From an uncultured candidate division Zixibacteria bacterium (lineage in GTDB: Bacteria; Zixibacteria; MSB-5A5; UBA10806), in NCBI GenBank assembly GCA_963817915.1, contig CAWFQL010000017.1, positions 96,001 to 160,000 of the forward strand: a stretch of DNA of 64,000 nucleotides. Direction: 5' to 3'. Numbering within the stretch: the stretch's first letter is position 1; each line of letters opens with the position of its first letter. Below, piece by piece: positions 40,317 through 50,352 of this stretch. The position numbers and the translations under genes are program-made. The notes below the pieces were generated by a model. It ran no database searches and was not told the origin of the DNA. It saw only the letters and a program-made list of their open reading frames with translations.

Positions 40317-42243
40317 TCTTGCACTTTCTTTAATTCTTGCTTCGCCCGTCTTGGCTCAGGTTGATACTTCCAAGCTTAAGCAGGCTGGCATCAAACGACT
40401 TGTTGTCAAAAGGATCGAAATTGAAGGCGTCCGGGCTTTTCCCGAATCACGCATCAGGAAGATTTTATTCACCAAGCCGAATCATTGGTATAATTTTCTC
40501 AAAATTCGGAGATATTCCTTATCGAACGTGATTGCCGATGTCGGAATGATACAAAAGTATTATCAGCGAAGAGGTTTTCTTTTTGTAAAGGTCGAGGCGG
40601 CGGTAACCAATTATGGAGCCGATGGTGTCATCGCGATTTACAAAGTCGACGAGGGCAAACGGACATTTTTTAACGGAATTTCGATAACCGGCGGATTTGA
40701 AACAATCAATAAAAAGCTCGATCAATTTCTCTCGCAATTTGAGCTTAACGATCCCGTCAATAACGATCTCGTTCTTGCGGGCGCATTTTCATTGCGGGAT
40801 ATCTACGCAAACTACGGGTACCCCTACACGAGAATCTTAAGCAGCTACCAATTCGATGACGACAGCACAAAGGCGAATGTCAATTACTCCGTTCAGGATT
40901 CAATATATACTGTCAATGGCAAGACTAAAATTTTCAAAAAGGGTTTTACTAAACCATATGTGGCATTCAGAGAAATCATATCTGTTCCCGGCAAAGAATA
41001 CAGCCTGGCGGATAAAACAGAATCAGAGCAGCGGCTGTATTCGACAGGGCTGTTTCGCTATGTCAGTCTCGAACGGAACGATTCTACGGCGGTCATACGC
41101 AATGATACCTGTACGGTCGGATTCAATCTGCGTATGGAAGAGCGAAAGTCGTTCTACTTTAATAGCGGTATCGGTGTCGGCCAGGAAGATAATTTCGGCA
41201 TGGTTCTGCGCGGAGCGGCTCAATGGGGAACTAGGAATATTTCCGGCACCGGCAGGAAAGTATATTTGAGCTTTAATCCTCGATTCCAAATAACAAATCC
41301 TCAGGGACCATTGAAATCTTTGAGATACTCGGATCTCAAGAAGAAATTAAGCTTTAAAGTGCTGAGGACAACATTCGAGATTGACTATGTTGAACCCTGG
41401 ACATTCAATCAAAGGTTGCCTCTCGATGTAAAATTATCATATGAGCCTTATACTTTCGATCCGATTCTCAAATATAGATATGACCGAGCTGCCGGGCAGT
41501 TGATATTTACGAAGGAATTAAATAAAACCACAATTGCACGACTGACAGCCGCACTGGATTATGTCAATTATCTTCATGTACCATCGGATCAGGAAAAAGT
41601 GTTTAGGGCCATTGGAGAAAACCAGGTGCGACGTAAATTGTCGTTCTACGGGGAACATGATACCAGGGGGAATTTTTTCGTTCCCCAGAAAGGTTCGTAT
41701 TCTTTTGTAAGCGCCGATTTCGTCGGGAGCTTCCTCGGCGGGGATTTCAGTTATTTGAAAATGCAATTTTCCACGAGCCGATATCAGTTGATAAGCGAAC
41801 AGAGCGTTTTGGCAACAAGAATCTGGCTCGGATTCCTGAGGGAAATCGGCAAAAATGGCAAATCGGCGGCGGCCGATAGATTTGTTATCGGCGGCGCGAA
41901 TACCATTAGAGGTTATCCCGAGAACGGTCTCGGCCCCGTATTTACAGAGGCGGATAGCGCCGCGACCGGAAAGCCCAAAGGAGGCCGCTACCTGATGATA
42001 GGGAATATCGAATTGCGCCGGCCTTTATTTTGGGTTTTTGGTGGATCGCTATTTCTCGATGCCGGCAATACCTATTATCATTTTAAGGAAATCTCTGCTA
42101 TCTCGATCGCATTTACAACAGGGGCTGGTATTCAGATTTTTACACCCATAGGCCCGGTTCGATTCGATTATGGCGTAAAATTGAAGAAAAAGTTTGACCT
42201 TGGCAACGGCAATTACCATCTTTCATTACTGTATGCGTTCTAA
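40273..42243 (+). CDS. Omp85 family TamA/BamA-like outer-membrane protein
   Basis: POTRA domains, RLYSTGLF, IRGY, GPVRFDYG, terminal Phe; overlaps tamB. Confidence 0.88.
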   Translation: MKAYRSILILITSISLALSLILASPVLAQVDTSKLKQAGIKRLVVKRIEIEGVRAFPESRIRKILFTKPNHWYNFLKIRRYSLSNVIADVGMIQKYYQRRGFLFVKVEAAVTNYGADGVIAIYKVDEGKRTFFNGISITGGFETINKKLDQFLSQFELNDPVNNDLVLAGAFSLRDIYANYGYPYTRILSSYQFDDDSTKANVNYSVQDSIYTVNGKTKIFKKGFTKPYVAFREIISVPGKEYSLADKTESEQRLYSTGLFRYVSLERNDSTAVIRNDTCTVGFNLRMEERKSFYFNSGIGVGQEDNFGMVLRGAAQWGTRNISGTGRKVYLSFNPRFQITNPQGPLKSLRYSDLKKKLSFKVLRTTFEIDYVEPWTFNQRLPLDVKLSYEPYTFDPILKYRYDRAAGQLIFTKELNKTTIARLTAALDYVNYLHVPSDQEKVFRAIGENQVRRKLSFYGEHDTRGNFFVPQKGSYSFVSADFVGSFLGGDFSYLKMQFSTSRYQLISEQSVLATRIWLGFLREIGKNGKSAAADRFVIGGANTIRGYPENGLGPVFTEADSAATGKPKGGRYLMIGNIELRRPLFWVFGGSLFLDAGNTYYHFKEISAISIAFTTGAGIQIFTPIGPVRFDYGVKLKKKFDLGNGNYHLSLLYAF

Positions 42244-42973
42244 GAAACCGACAATTGGCATTACTATCTCAGGCGCCAATGCGTCCGATAAATACCGCTG
42301 GCCGGCCAAAAAGGAATTTGATTTTCTTAAGCGGGAATACTATCAGGCGATTATTAAGTCGGGCGGTCTGCCGATATTGCTGCCCAATGCTGAAAATAGG
42401 GATATTATAAAATCGTATTTGGAATCGATTGATGGTTTGCTTCTTACAGGCGGCGGTGACCTTCATCCTCGATATTTCGGCCAAAAGGCGCATGAAAAAC
42501 TTTCGCGGACATATAAGGCGCGCGATTATTTTGAAATGGCCATAGCCGAATTAGCGTTGAAAATGGGAATGCCGATCATGGCTATATGCCGCGGGCATCA
42601 GGTACTCAATGTAGTTTTGGGCGGCACTCTTTATCAGGATTTGTCCTGTATTCCCCATAAGACTCTGGCTCACGCCGATCCTGATCAGACTGCCAGGAAT
42701 TTCCATTCGGTGAAAATTGTCAAAGGCTCGAATCTTCATAAAATTATTGGGTCATTATCGATACAGGTCAATTCCAGCCATCATCAGGTGATAGATCGCC
42801 TTGGAAGAGGACTAATAGCCTCGGCATTTGCGCCAGATGGCCTTATAGAGGCGATAGAGCTTCCGGGCGCCGAATTTGTGTTGAGTCTGCAGTGGCATCC
42901 TGAGGGGATTTTTAATCGCGCTCATAGCAAGAGGCTATTTCGGGCATTTGTAAATAAGTCTCGCGAAAAATAA
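42233..42973 (+). CDS. Gamma-glutamyl-gamma-aminobutyrate hydrolase family (peptidase C26)
   Basis: GLLLTGGGD, AICRGHQ, VNSSHHQ, QWHPE. Confidence 0.9.
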   Translation: MRSKKPTIGITISGANASDKYRWPAKKEFDFLKREYYQAIIKSGGLPILLPNAENRDIIKSYLESIDGLLLTGGGDLHPRYFGQKAHEKLSRTYKARDYFEMAIAELALKMGMPIMAICRGHQVLNVVLGGTLYQDLSCIPHKTLAHADPDQTARNFHSVKIVKGSNLHKIIGSLSIQVNSSHHQVIDRLGRGLIASAFAPDGLIEAIELPGAEFVLSLQWHPEGIFNRAHSKRLFRAFVNKSREK

Positions 42974-43062
42974 CAATGGCAAATTCCCAATTTTCATAAA
43001 GAAATATACTTTAGCCTCCATAAATTAGTACTTACTAAGATTGTAGACCGAATAAGTCTCTA

Positions 43063-43091
43063 TTGACATCGCTTTTGCTGATTTTTATATT
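43063..43091 (+). promoter_or_regulatory. Sigma70-type promoter of the cysteine desulfurase gene
   Basis: TTGACA-17 nt-TATATT. Confidence 0.6.
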
Positions 43092-43116
43092 GGCATCACA
43101 GAATAGGAGTAATTGG

Positions 43117-44286
43117 ATGAAGAAAGTCTATCTAGATCATAACGCTACGACCCCAGTGCATCCAGAGGTCTTTGAGGCCATGAGGCCTTATTTTACCGAG
43201 AAATATGGCAATGCCAGTTCAATATATGGTTTGGGACGAGAAGCCAAAGCCGCCTTGGAGGACGCCAGAGATTCAATCGCGACGATATTGGGATGCAAAG
43301 CCTCCGAATTATATTTTACATCCGGCGGCACTGAATCCGACAACCTGGCTATCAAGGGTGTCGCATTCGCCAATCGGTCTAAGGGCAAACATATTATCAC
43401 ATCACCTATAGAGCATCATGCTGTAGAAAAATCATGTCGATTTCTCGAAAAAGAGGGATTCGAGATCACATTCCTGCTTGTCGATTCCGAAGGCCTCATT
43501 AACCCTCAGGATTTAAAAAACGCTATTCGCCCCGATACAATTTTAGTAACCATAATGTATGCCAACAACGAGACCGGTATAATTCAGGATATCAAGGCAC
43601 TGACCGCGGTGACGAGAGAAGCTGGGATCTATTTCCACACCGATGCCGTACAGGCAACCGGCAAAATTTCGTACAAAATCCCGGAGCTCGGATGCGACCT
43701 GCTATCGATTTCAGCTCACAAACTATACGGACCAAAAGGTGTCGGATTGCTCTATATCAAATCGGGTACCAAGATACAGCCTTGGAATGAGGGCGGGGGT
43801 CATGAACGGGGCAGACGCGCCGGCACGGAAAGCGTGGCCAACGCGGTAGCACTCGCCAAAGCGATAGAGATCAGTTATCGTGATATGGATAAGGAAACAT
43901 CAAAACTTCTTTCGTTGACGAACAAATTTTACGACCAGGTGCAAAAGCGCATACCAGATATTCATTTTAATGGCAGCCTGACTAATAGAGTACCTAATAC
44001 GCTTAATATTTCATTCAAGGCGATAGAAGGGGAATCGATTATTCTTAGCCTTGATATGAAGGGGGTTTCTGTTTCATCGGGTTCGGCTTGCACGTCGGGC
44101 GCAACCAATCCCTCGCATGTGCTTTTGGCGATGGGAATTCCGCCGGAGCAAGCTCATGGATCAATCAGGTTTTCATTTGGGCGGAGCAATCAGGAAGAAG
44201 ATATCGATTATGTAGTGAATATCCTTGCCCAGGAAGTTGAACGTTTAAGGAAGATTTCACCGTTATATTCCAAATCGGGGATATAG
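43117..44286 (+). CDS. iscS: Cysteine desulfurase (IscS/NifS group I)
   Basis: YLDHNATT, TSGGTES, HTDAVQ, SAHKLYGPKG, SSGSACTS; GGAG RBS before ATG 43117. Confidence 0.93.
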   Translation: MKKVYLDHNATTPVHPEVFEAMRPYFTEKYGNASSIYGLGREAKAALEDARDSIATILGCKASELYFTSGGTESDNLAIKGVAFANRSKGKHIITSPIEHHAVEKSCRFLEKEGFEITFLLVDSEGLINPQDLKNAIRPDTILVTIMYANNETGIIQDIKALTAVTREAGIYFHTDAVQATGKISYKIPELGCDLLSISAHKLYGPKGVGLLYIKSGTKIQPWNEGGGHERGRRAGTESVANAVALAKAIEISYRDMDKETSKLLSLTNKFYDQVQKRIPDIHFNGSLTNRVPNTLNISFKAIEGESIILSLDMKGVSVSSGSACTSGATNPSHVLLAMGIPPEQAHGSIRFSFGRSNQEEDIDYVVNILAQEVERLRKISPLYSKSGI

Positions 44287-44304
44287 CGGGTTAAAATAGG
44301 TCCG

Positions 44305-44332
44305 GAGCCCCGGTAGCTTCGGGGCTTTTTTT
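44305..44332 (+). terminator. Terminator-like hairpin abutting the mnmA start codon
   Basis: gagccccgg-tagct-tcggggc followed by T7, then ATG. Confidence 0.6.
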
Positions 44333-45424
44333 ATGAGCAAAAAGAAAGTCCTATTAGGAATGTCTGGCGGAGTCGATAGCTCTATCGCCGCCGCGATTTT
44401 GATCGAGCAGGGCTATGATGTCATAGGCGCGACGTTGAAGCTTTATGATTATTCCCAAATTGACTATGATCCCCCTGATGGCGGTTGCTGTTCGCTTGAT
44501 CTTATCGACGATGCCCGTTCGGTATGCGCGAAATTAGGCGTGCCGCATTATGTATTTGATTTGTGTAAAGAATTCGAAAAGACGGTCATAGATAATTTTA
44601 TTGATCAGTATTACGCGGGACGGACTCCCAATCCCTGCATAAGCTGCAATCGATTTATCAAATGGGGTGAGATGCTCAAAATAGCCGATCGTCTTGAATG
44701 CGATTATGTGGCTACGGGACATTATGCGGTAGTAGATCATTCAACCTCTCTGCCTCGATTAAAGAGAAGTGCGGACGCGAATAAGGATCAGTCATACGCG
44801 CTCTGGGGAATTCCTGTTCAGGCGTTGGAGCGAACTATTCTCCCAATCGGCACAATGACCAAACCCGAAGTGAGGGCCAAAGCCAAATTGTTGGGATTTC
44901 GCAACGCCGAACGAGATGATAGTCAGGAGATCTGTTTTGTGCCGGATAATCGTTACGCTGAATTTGTCCATAATAAACGACAAGTCTCGGGAAAGCCATT
45001 CGAGCCGGGGCCGATCGTAGATACCCGGGGTAAAAAGGTCGGCGAGCATAAGGGGTACGCTAATTATACAATCGGTCAGCGAAAAGGCCTGGGGATTTCG
45101 GCGCCAAATCCATTATATGTTGTCAGAATTGATGTCGAGCGAAATGTCGTAGTTGTCGGTAATAATGATGATCTTATTGCGACAAAATTTGCTGTCACGG
45201 ATACCAATATTCTTGTGGATGATTTTCTGAAATTCCCGGATATTTCAGTCAAAATCAGATACCGCCATCTGGATAGCCCGGCAAATCTTTTGATTGCGGA
45301 TGACGGGACTATCATCGTGCAATATCATTCTCCACAGCGGGCGATCACACCGGGGCAATCGGCTGTATTTTATTCAGGCGATATCGTACTTGGCGGAGGA
45401 ATAATCGATAGGGTGCTCGAGTGA
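44333..45424 (+). CDS. mnmA: tRNA 2-thiouridylase MnmA (Cys-rich type with CC, CxxC and C)
   Basis: SGGVDS, GCCS, TPNPCISCN, ATGHY, KDQSY, SQEICF, TIGQRKG, PGQ. Confidence 0.95.
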   Translation: MSKKKVLLGMSGGVDSSIAAAILIEQGYDVIGATLKLYDYSQIDYDPPDGGCCSLDLIDDARSVCAKLGVPHYVFDLCKEFEKTVIDNFIDQYYAGRTPNPCISCNRFIKWGEMLKIADRLECDYVATGHYAVVDHSTSLPRLKRSADANKDQSYALWGIPVQALERTILPIGTMTKPEVRAKAKLLGFRNAERDDSQEICFVPDNRYAEFVHNKRQVSGKPFEPGPIVDTRGKKVGEHKGYANYTIGQRKGLGISAPNPLYVVRIDVERNVVVVGNNDDLIATKFAVTDTNILVDDFLKFPDISVKIRYRHLDSPANLLIADDGTIIVQYHSPQRAITPGQSAVFYSGDIVLGGGIIDRVLE

Positions 45425-45499
45425 TTATTGGATCGTCTACTAATCAATTGACTTTCATTTTTCCTGAGGATAAATTTGACATAAATATGGGGAGGAATA

Positions 45500-46183
45500 A
45501 TGATAAAAATAACATTCATAGGGCATTCATGCTTTCTGCTCGATAACGGCACGAACAAAATAATAATCGATCCGTTCATAACCGGCAATCCGTCCGCAAA
45601 GATTTCCAAGGATCAAATAAAAGCGGATTTCATATTAGTTTCACACGGCCACGGTGACCATCTCGGCGACGCAATTGCGTTGGGTAAGGCTAATAATTCC
45701 ACCATAATTGCCAATTATGAATTATGCATGCATTGTCAAGCAAATGGCGTAAAAAATATTCACCCGCTTCATATAGGCGGCGGTAACAAATTTCCGTTCG
45801 GTTCGGTCAAACTAACGATCGCCCATCACGGCTCGACACTCGGCGAAGATGGATATGGCGGCAACCCTGTCGGATTCATTATCCGCACCGATAATAAGGT
45901 GATCTATCATTCGGGCGATACGGGACTCTTTCTGGATATGAAGCTAATCGGTGAATTGGATATAATCGATTTGGCCCTGCTTCCAATAGGCGGCAATTTT
46001 ACCATGGATGCCTCCGATGCCATCAAGGCAGTCGAATTCCTTAAGCCCAAGAAGGCGATTCCAATGCATTATAATACCTTCGATATAATCAAATCCGACC
46101 CTCAGGTTTTTATCAAGGGAATCAAAGCACAGGGTGTTGAAGGAATAATCCTAAAACCTGGTGAAAGCTACGACTTGAATTGA
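45500..46183 (+). CDS. Metal-dependent hydrolase, metallo-beta-lactamase fold (UPF0173)
   Basis: GHS, IDPF, SHGHGDH, HSGDT, PIGG, PMHY. Confidence 0.9.
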   Translation: MIKITFIGHSCFLLDNGTNKIIIDPFITGNPSAKISKDQIKADFILVSHGHGDHLGDAIALGKANNSTIIANYELCMHCQANGVKNIHPLHIGGGNKFPFGSVKLTIAHHGSTLGEDGYGGNPVGFIIRTDNKVIYHSGDTGLFLDMKLIGELDIIDLALLPIGGNFTMDASDAIKAVEFLKPKKAIPMHYNTFDIIKSDPQVFIKGIKAQGVEGIILKPGESYDLN

Positions 46184-47157
46184 AAAGTAATTGGCTCACA
46201 GCTACCAAAGCCCGGATTATGATCCTGGGCTTTTGTTTTATCCAGACATTAATATCAGGCAATTCTATTATTCATGCTCAAAGCTCGGCTTCGTCACAAT
46301 TTTTGGTTTTGCCTCAAGATAATCTATATGCCGATTCCGCTAAATATTATCTGAAATTCTTCAAGTCAAAAATTGAGCCCATACTCGGCTGGAATCTTGA
46401 TACGCTGGTCACATTGTATATGGCGGATACGGAAGATGATTTTAGAAGGGATGTCGGCGAAACATTTCCCGATTGGGGAATAGGAGCGGCCATAAGCGAC
46501 CAGGCGAAAATCGTAATTAAATCGCCTAAATTCATATATGGTGGAAAGTCGCTCGGGGAATTGATAGGCCATGAGCTCGCGCATGTCATGCTATTCAGAG
46601 CCGCCGGCAAACGGAGGCTGCCGCGGTGGTTCCAGGAAGGATTTGCCATGTATATTTCAGGCGAATGGCGGCTTGGGCAGGATATACTCGTGGCCAGGGC
46701 GGCCTGGACCGGCAATCTCATACCGCTCGAACATATGGATGGTCTTTCATCATTTAAGGGGCCCAAGGCCTCGCTGGCGTATACCGAATCCTATCTTGCC
46801 ATATCGAGTCTGGTCAGAAGGAGCGATCCGTTTCTAATTTCAGATTTTCTGGAACAGTACCGAAACAGGGGCGATTTCAATTTATGCTGGCGCAAGGTGA
46901 CCGGAAAAGATTATTATTCATGGCTTATGGACTGGTTCAATACAATTTCGAGGAATTATCATTTTCTGCTATTTATGTTTGATAGTGAGATATTTTGGAT
47001 TGTCTTCGCCCTGGCTGTTATTCTATTCTTTATATTGAAGAAATTGCAGAATCGACGGGTGAAGAAAAGATGGGAAAGGGAGGAAAGGCTAAATCCTCCC
47101 GACGAGAACTATAAAAAGTATTTCGATGGGTATTACGACGAAGAAAATAAGACATAA
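46180..47157 (+). CDS. Peptidase MA-like membrane-anchored zinc metallopeptidase
   Basis: HELAH and LPRWFQEGFA, signal peptide, C-terminal TM helix. Confidence 0.75.
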   Translation: MKSNWLTATKARIMILGFCFIQTLISGNSIIHAQSSASSQFLVLPQDNLYADSAKYYLKFFKSKIEPILGWNLDTLVTLYMADTEDDFRRDVGETFPDWGIGAAISDQAKIVIKSPKFIYGGKSLGELIGHELAHVMLFRAAGKRRLPRWFQEGFAMYISGEWRLGQDILVARAAWTGNLIPLEHMDGLSSFKGPKASLAYTESYLAISSLVRRSDPFLISDFLEQYRNRGDFNLCWRKVTGKDYYSWLMDWFNTISRNYHFLLFMFDSEIFWIVFALAVILFFILKKLQNRRVKKRWEREERLNPPDENYKKYFDGYYDEENKT

Positions 47158-48019
47158 TGTCGAATTCATAATTATCAAGATTCTCCTCTTTGTACTAAAT
47201 CTCGTGCCTTATAAAATCGCTCTGCGCTTTGGCGATTTTTTCGGCATGATGGCGTTTTCGGTTTTCCGATTCCGCCGAAAAGTGACATTGGAAAATCTTG
47301 AGAAATCATTCGGGCCGAAATATACTATCAGTCAATATAGAAAAATTGGCTCCCGAACTTATCGCAACATTGTAAAAAGCATTATCGAATTCGGACTTTT
47401 CCCATCGTTAAAAAAGAAAAATCTATCGGAATTGATTTCTATCGAAGGGCAGGAGCATCTACAAAAATTGAAAAGCGACGGCAAAGGCGCTGTTCTTGTC
47501 ACCGGTCATTTCGGAAGTTGGGAGCTTTTGGGCGCCTTTATTTCGCAAAATGGCTGGCCGATTGATTATCTTGTCGGTGAGCAGCACAATCTCAAGGTCA
47601 ATGAACTGATGAATTCTCACCGCCAGATGTATGGCATCGGGCTGATCGAAATGGGTGTTGCCGCGCGCGGAGTGATCAAGGCGATAAGGGCCGGCAGGAT
47701 GGTTGCGATGCTTTCGGATCAGGACGCGGGTTCCGATGGTGTCATAGTGCAGTTTATGGGACGGCCGGCATCGACTCCCAAAGGTCCTGCGGCGTTCGCC
47801 TTAAAAACAGCGACACCAATAATATTCGGATGCATAGTCAGGGGAAATGGAATGCATAAAGTAATAATCAAGCCGCCTTTGGTTATGGAACCATCCGGAA
47901 ATAAAGACGACGATATAAAGACAATTACTCAGGCCTACACATCGCTTTTGGAGAAATTCATAATCGAAAATCCCGATCATTGGTTCTGGCCTCATCGCAG
48001 GTGGAAATCGACCTCATGA
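47126..48019 (+). CDS. Lipid A biosynthesis acyltransferase (LpxL/HtrB family)
   Basis: GHFGSWE, DQD, FMGRPA, W.W.HRRWK. Confidence 0.88.
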   Translation: MGITTKKIRHNVEFIIIKILLFVLNLVPYKIALRFGDFFGMMAFSVFRFRRKVTLENLEKSFGPKYTISQYRKIGSRTYRNIVKSIIEFGLFPSLKKKNLSELISIEGQEHLQKLKSDGKGAVLVTGHFGSWELLGAFISQNGWPIDYLVGEQHNLKVNELMNSHRQMYGIGLIEMGVAARGVIKAIRAGRMVAMLSDQDAGSDGVIVQFMGRPASTPKGPAAFALKTATPIIFGCIVRGNGMHKVIIKPPLVMEPSGNKDDDIKTITQAYTSLLEKFIIENPDHWFWPHRRWKSTS

Positions 48020-50352
48020 GCGAACCGCAATATTCGCTTTTCAACGGGCGGCCTGCCCTTGTGGCGTTATTGTCCCTTATTTCAGGGATTCTCTTCGGCC
48101 GGATTATCAATGTCTCATTTTTTATCCCATTTATTTTAGTAATAACCATTCTATTTATTATCACTATTTTATACCTCAAGGGCCTTTCGAGGCCCGCCGG
48201 CTGGATTGCCATTCTGGTTATAATTGCCTTAGGGTGGTTCAGGGCGGAGGTCGCTGATGGGCCATTTCCACCAAATCATATTGAGAATCTCGCAGTCATG
48301 GGAGGACGAGCTGAAATTATTGGAAAGGTCGTAAGTGAACCCGATCAAAGGGCTGACAAGACATATCTGATTATCGAAATTGACTCCGTTGTGATAAAAT
48401 CACTCAGGACACCGTCGATGGGTCGCCTGCGAGCAGGCATAAATGAATATACGAATGAGTTTGGCTATGGCGATCATCTAAAGCTTAGCGGCTATTTGTA
48501 TAAACCATCGGGTCCGCGTAATCCGGGCGCATTTGATTACAAAATGTATCTTGAGGCGAAAGAGATATTCGCCGCGCTTTCCGTAAGTTCTACAAATGAT
48601 ATCAATGTGATCAACGCCCAAAAGTCATTTTTGTCAGTGGTCATTTCTCCATTACGTAAATTTCTGATCGACAAGACGGTCAGGTATTTGCCTGAATCTT
48701 CGGCCGCCATTCTTTCCGGTTTTATTTTAGGTGAACGGCGTAACATGCCGGCAGAATATGAGAGATATTTTAGAGACACTGGCACCATGCACCTCATGGC
48801 AGTTTCAGGCTCCAATGTCGGAGTCGTGATTGCATTTTTTGCTCTGCCGCTGACACTGCTGCGTCTTCCCAGACCCCTTAAGGCTATCATATTAGCTGCT
48901 GTCGTTATCTTTTTTGCAATACTGACACGGCTGGAACCTTCAGTGATCAGAGCCTCGATAATGGCGTTGGTTGGGATAGTCGCCTATGGATGGATGAGAA
49001 AACCTGATTATGTAAACCTGCTTGGATTTGCCGGATTGATAATGCTTCTATGGATGCCGCTTCAGCTTTTCGATGTCGGCTTGCAATTATCTTTTGCGGC
49101 GACATTCGGAATTTTATACGCGACTTCGCCGCTTTTCAAGAAACTGTCGGCGATTCGCATTCTAAAAATTAAATATATTTTTTGGGCTGTCGCGGCACTT
49201 ATTACAACTCTGGTTGCTCAAGCGGCGGTGATGCCGTTAATGGGGCATTACTTTAATAATTTTACTCTTGTCGGCATAATCGCTAATCTTCCAATTGGCA
49301 TCCTCGCATCATGCTCTACGATATTAGGCATGATTTTTTATCTTGTATCCTGGTGCGGATACTGGCCGGCATTTCTAATTTCGATTCCGCTGAAATGGAT
49401 ATTAAGCCTGACCGCTATCACACTAAAATTCTTCGCGTCACTTCCATTGGCCAATATTAAGATTCCATCATCGGGATGGATAATGATGATTTCAATTTGG
49501 ATTGTTTTGTATTTGATATTTGAATTATTCATAAGGCATCGCCTGAGCAGGACAGCATTATTCGCAGGGCTGATCACCTTGAATATTTTTATTTGGGAGA
49601 AATTATCTGAACCGATAAAAGATTGGCGTCTTGAATTTCTCGATTTGGGGAGAAATCATGCCTGGATATTTTCCGGCCATGATCAACCAACTATGGGCTG
49701 TTACGATGATTATCATTCGCAGGGCGACGCGGAAAGCATGATACCGTTAATTATTAATAATTATTCCGGTAAAATGGATATTCTAATTTCCTCAACGCCG
49801 GATTCTAAAGATACAAAGGAAATTGCCTCGGAATTTGGAGCTCGACTAATTTTACCTGATAGCATTATAAATAATTTGGACTCTTTGGACGTAACCTATT
49901 TAAATGAAACGAATTACGGAAAATATTATACTCTTTCATCTAATGTTAAGATTGTATGGCCTAAATCCGATAATATAATTGAGGGAGATAAACCTCATTC
50001 TTATGTTCAAATTGATGTCAGTGATGGCGTCCTGATTCTTGCGGGCTGGGCAGGAATTGGCGAATTCGAGGGTGCTGAAATGAATAATAGGGTTAAAATG
50101 CTCGAACTGTCCTGGAGCAGCTATGCGCAGACTGCCTGCCTTGATATAATCGATAAACTGAAACCAGAGATGGTTGTGTTTTCCCCCGATCGTTATTCAG
50201 TCAGAACCCCGTATAGTAGAAATGAGTTGACTCATTCGGCTGGCCGCACATTTTCAACATCGATTTTTGGCGCCATGGAAATATCCAATACTGATTCTAC
50301 ATTGAGAATCGGCTCAATGAAGAATGGCGAAATTGAGGGGGAATCAAATTGA
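48016..50352 (+). CDS. comEC: ComEC/Rec2 competence DNA-uptake protein
   Basis: OB-like domain with NPGAFDY, GTMHLMAVSGSN, PSVIRA, GLQLSF; degenerate MBL domain; ATGA overlap with the upstream gene. Confidence 0.88.
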   Translation: MSEPQYSLFNGRPALVALLSLISGILFGRIINVSFFIPFILVITILFIITILYLKGLSRPAGWIAILVIIALGWFRAEVADGPFPPNHIENLAVMGGRAEIIGKVVSEPDQRADKTYLIIEIDSVVIKSLRTPSMGRLRAGINEYTNEFGYGDHLKLSGYLYKPSGPRNPGAFDYKMYLEAKEIFAALSVSSTNDINVINAQKSFLSVVISPLRKFLIDKTVRYLPESSAAILSGFILGERRNMPAEYERYFRDTGTMHLMAVSGSNVGVVIAFFALPLTLLRLPRPLKAIILAAVVIFFAILTRLEPSVIRASIMALVGIVAYGWMRKPDYVNLLGFAGLIMLLWMPLQLFDVGLQLSFAATFGILYATSPLFKKLSAIRILKIKYIFWAVAALITTLVAQAAVMPLMGHYFNNFTLVGIIANLPIGILASCSTILGMIFYLVSWCGYWPAFLISIPLKWILSLTAITLKFFASLPLANIKIPSSGWIMMISIWIVLYLIFELFIRHRLSRTALFAGLITLNIFIWEKLSEPIKDWRLEFLDLGRNHAWIFSGHDQPTMGCYDDYHSQGDAESMIPLIINNYSGKMDILISSTPDSKDTKEIASEFGARLILPDSIINNLDSLDVTYLNETNYGKYYTLSSNVKIVWPKSDNIIEGDKPHSYVQIDVSDGVLILAGWAGIGEFEGAEMNNRVKMLELSWSSYAQTACLDIIDKLKPEMVVFSPDRYSVRTPYSRNELTHSAGRTFSTSIFGAMEISNTDSTLRIGSMKNGEIEGESN

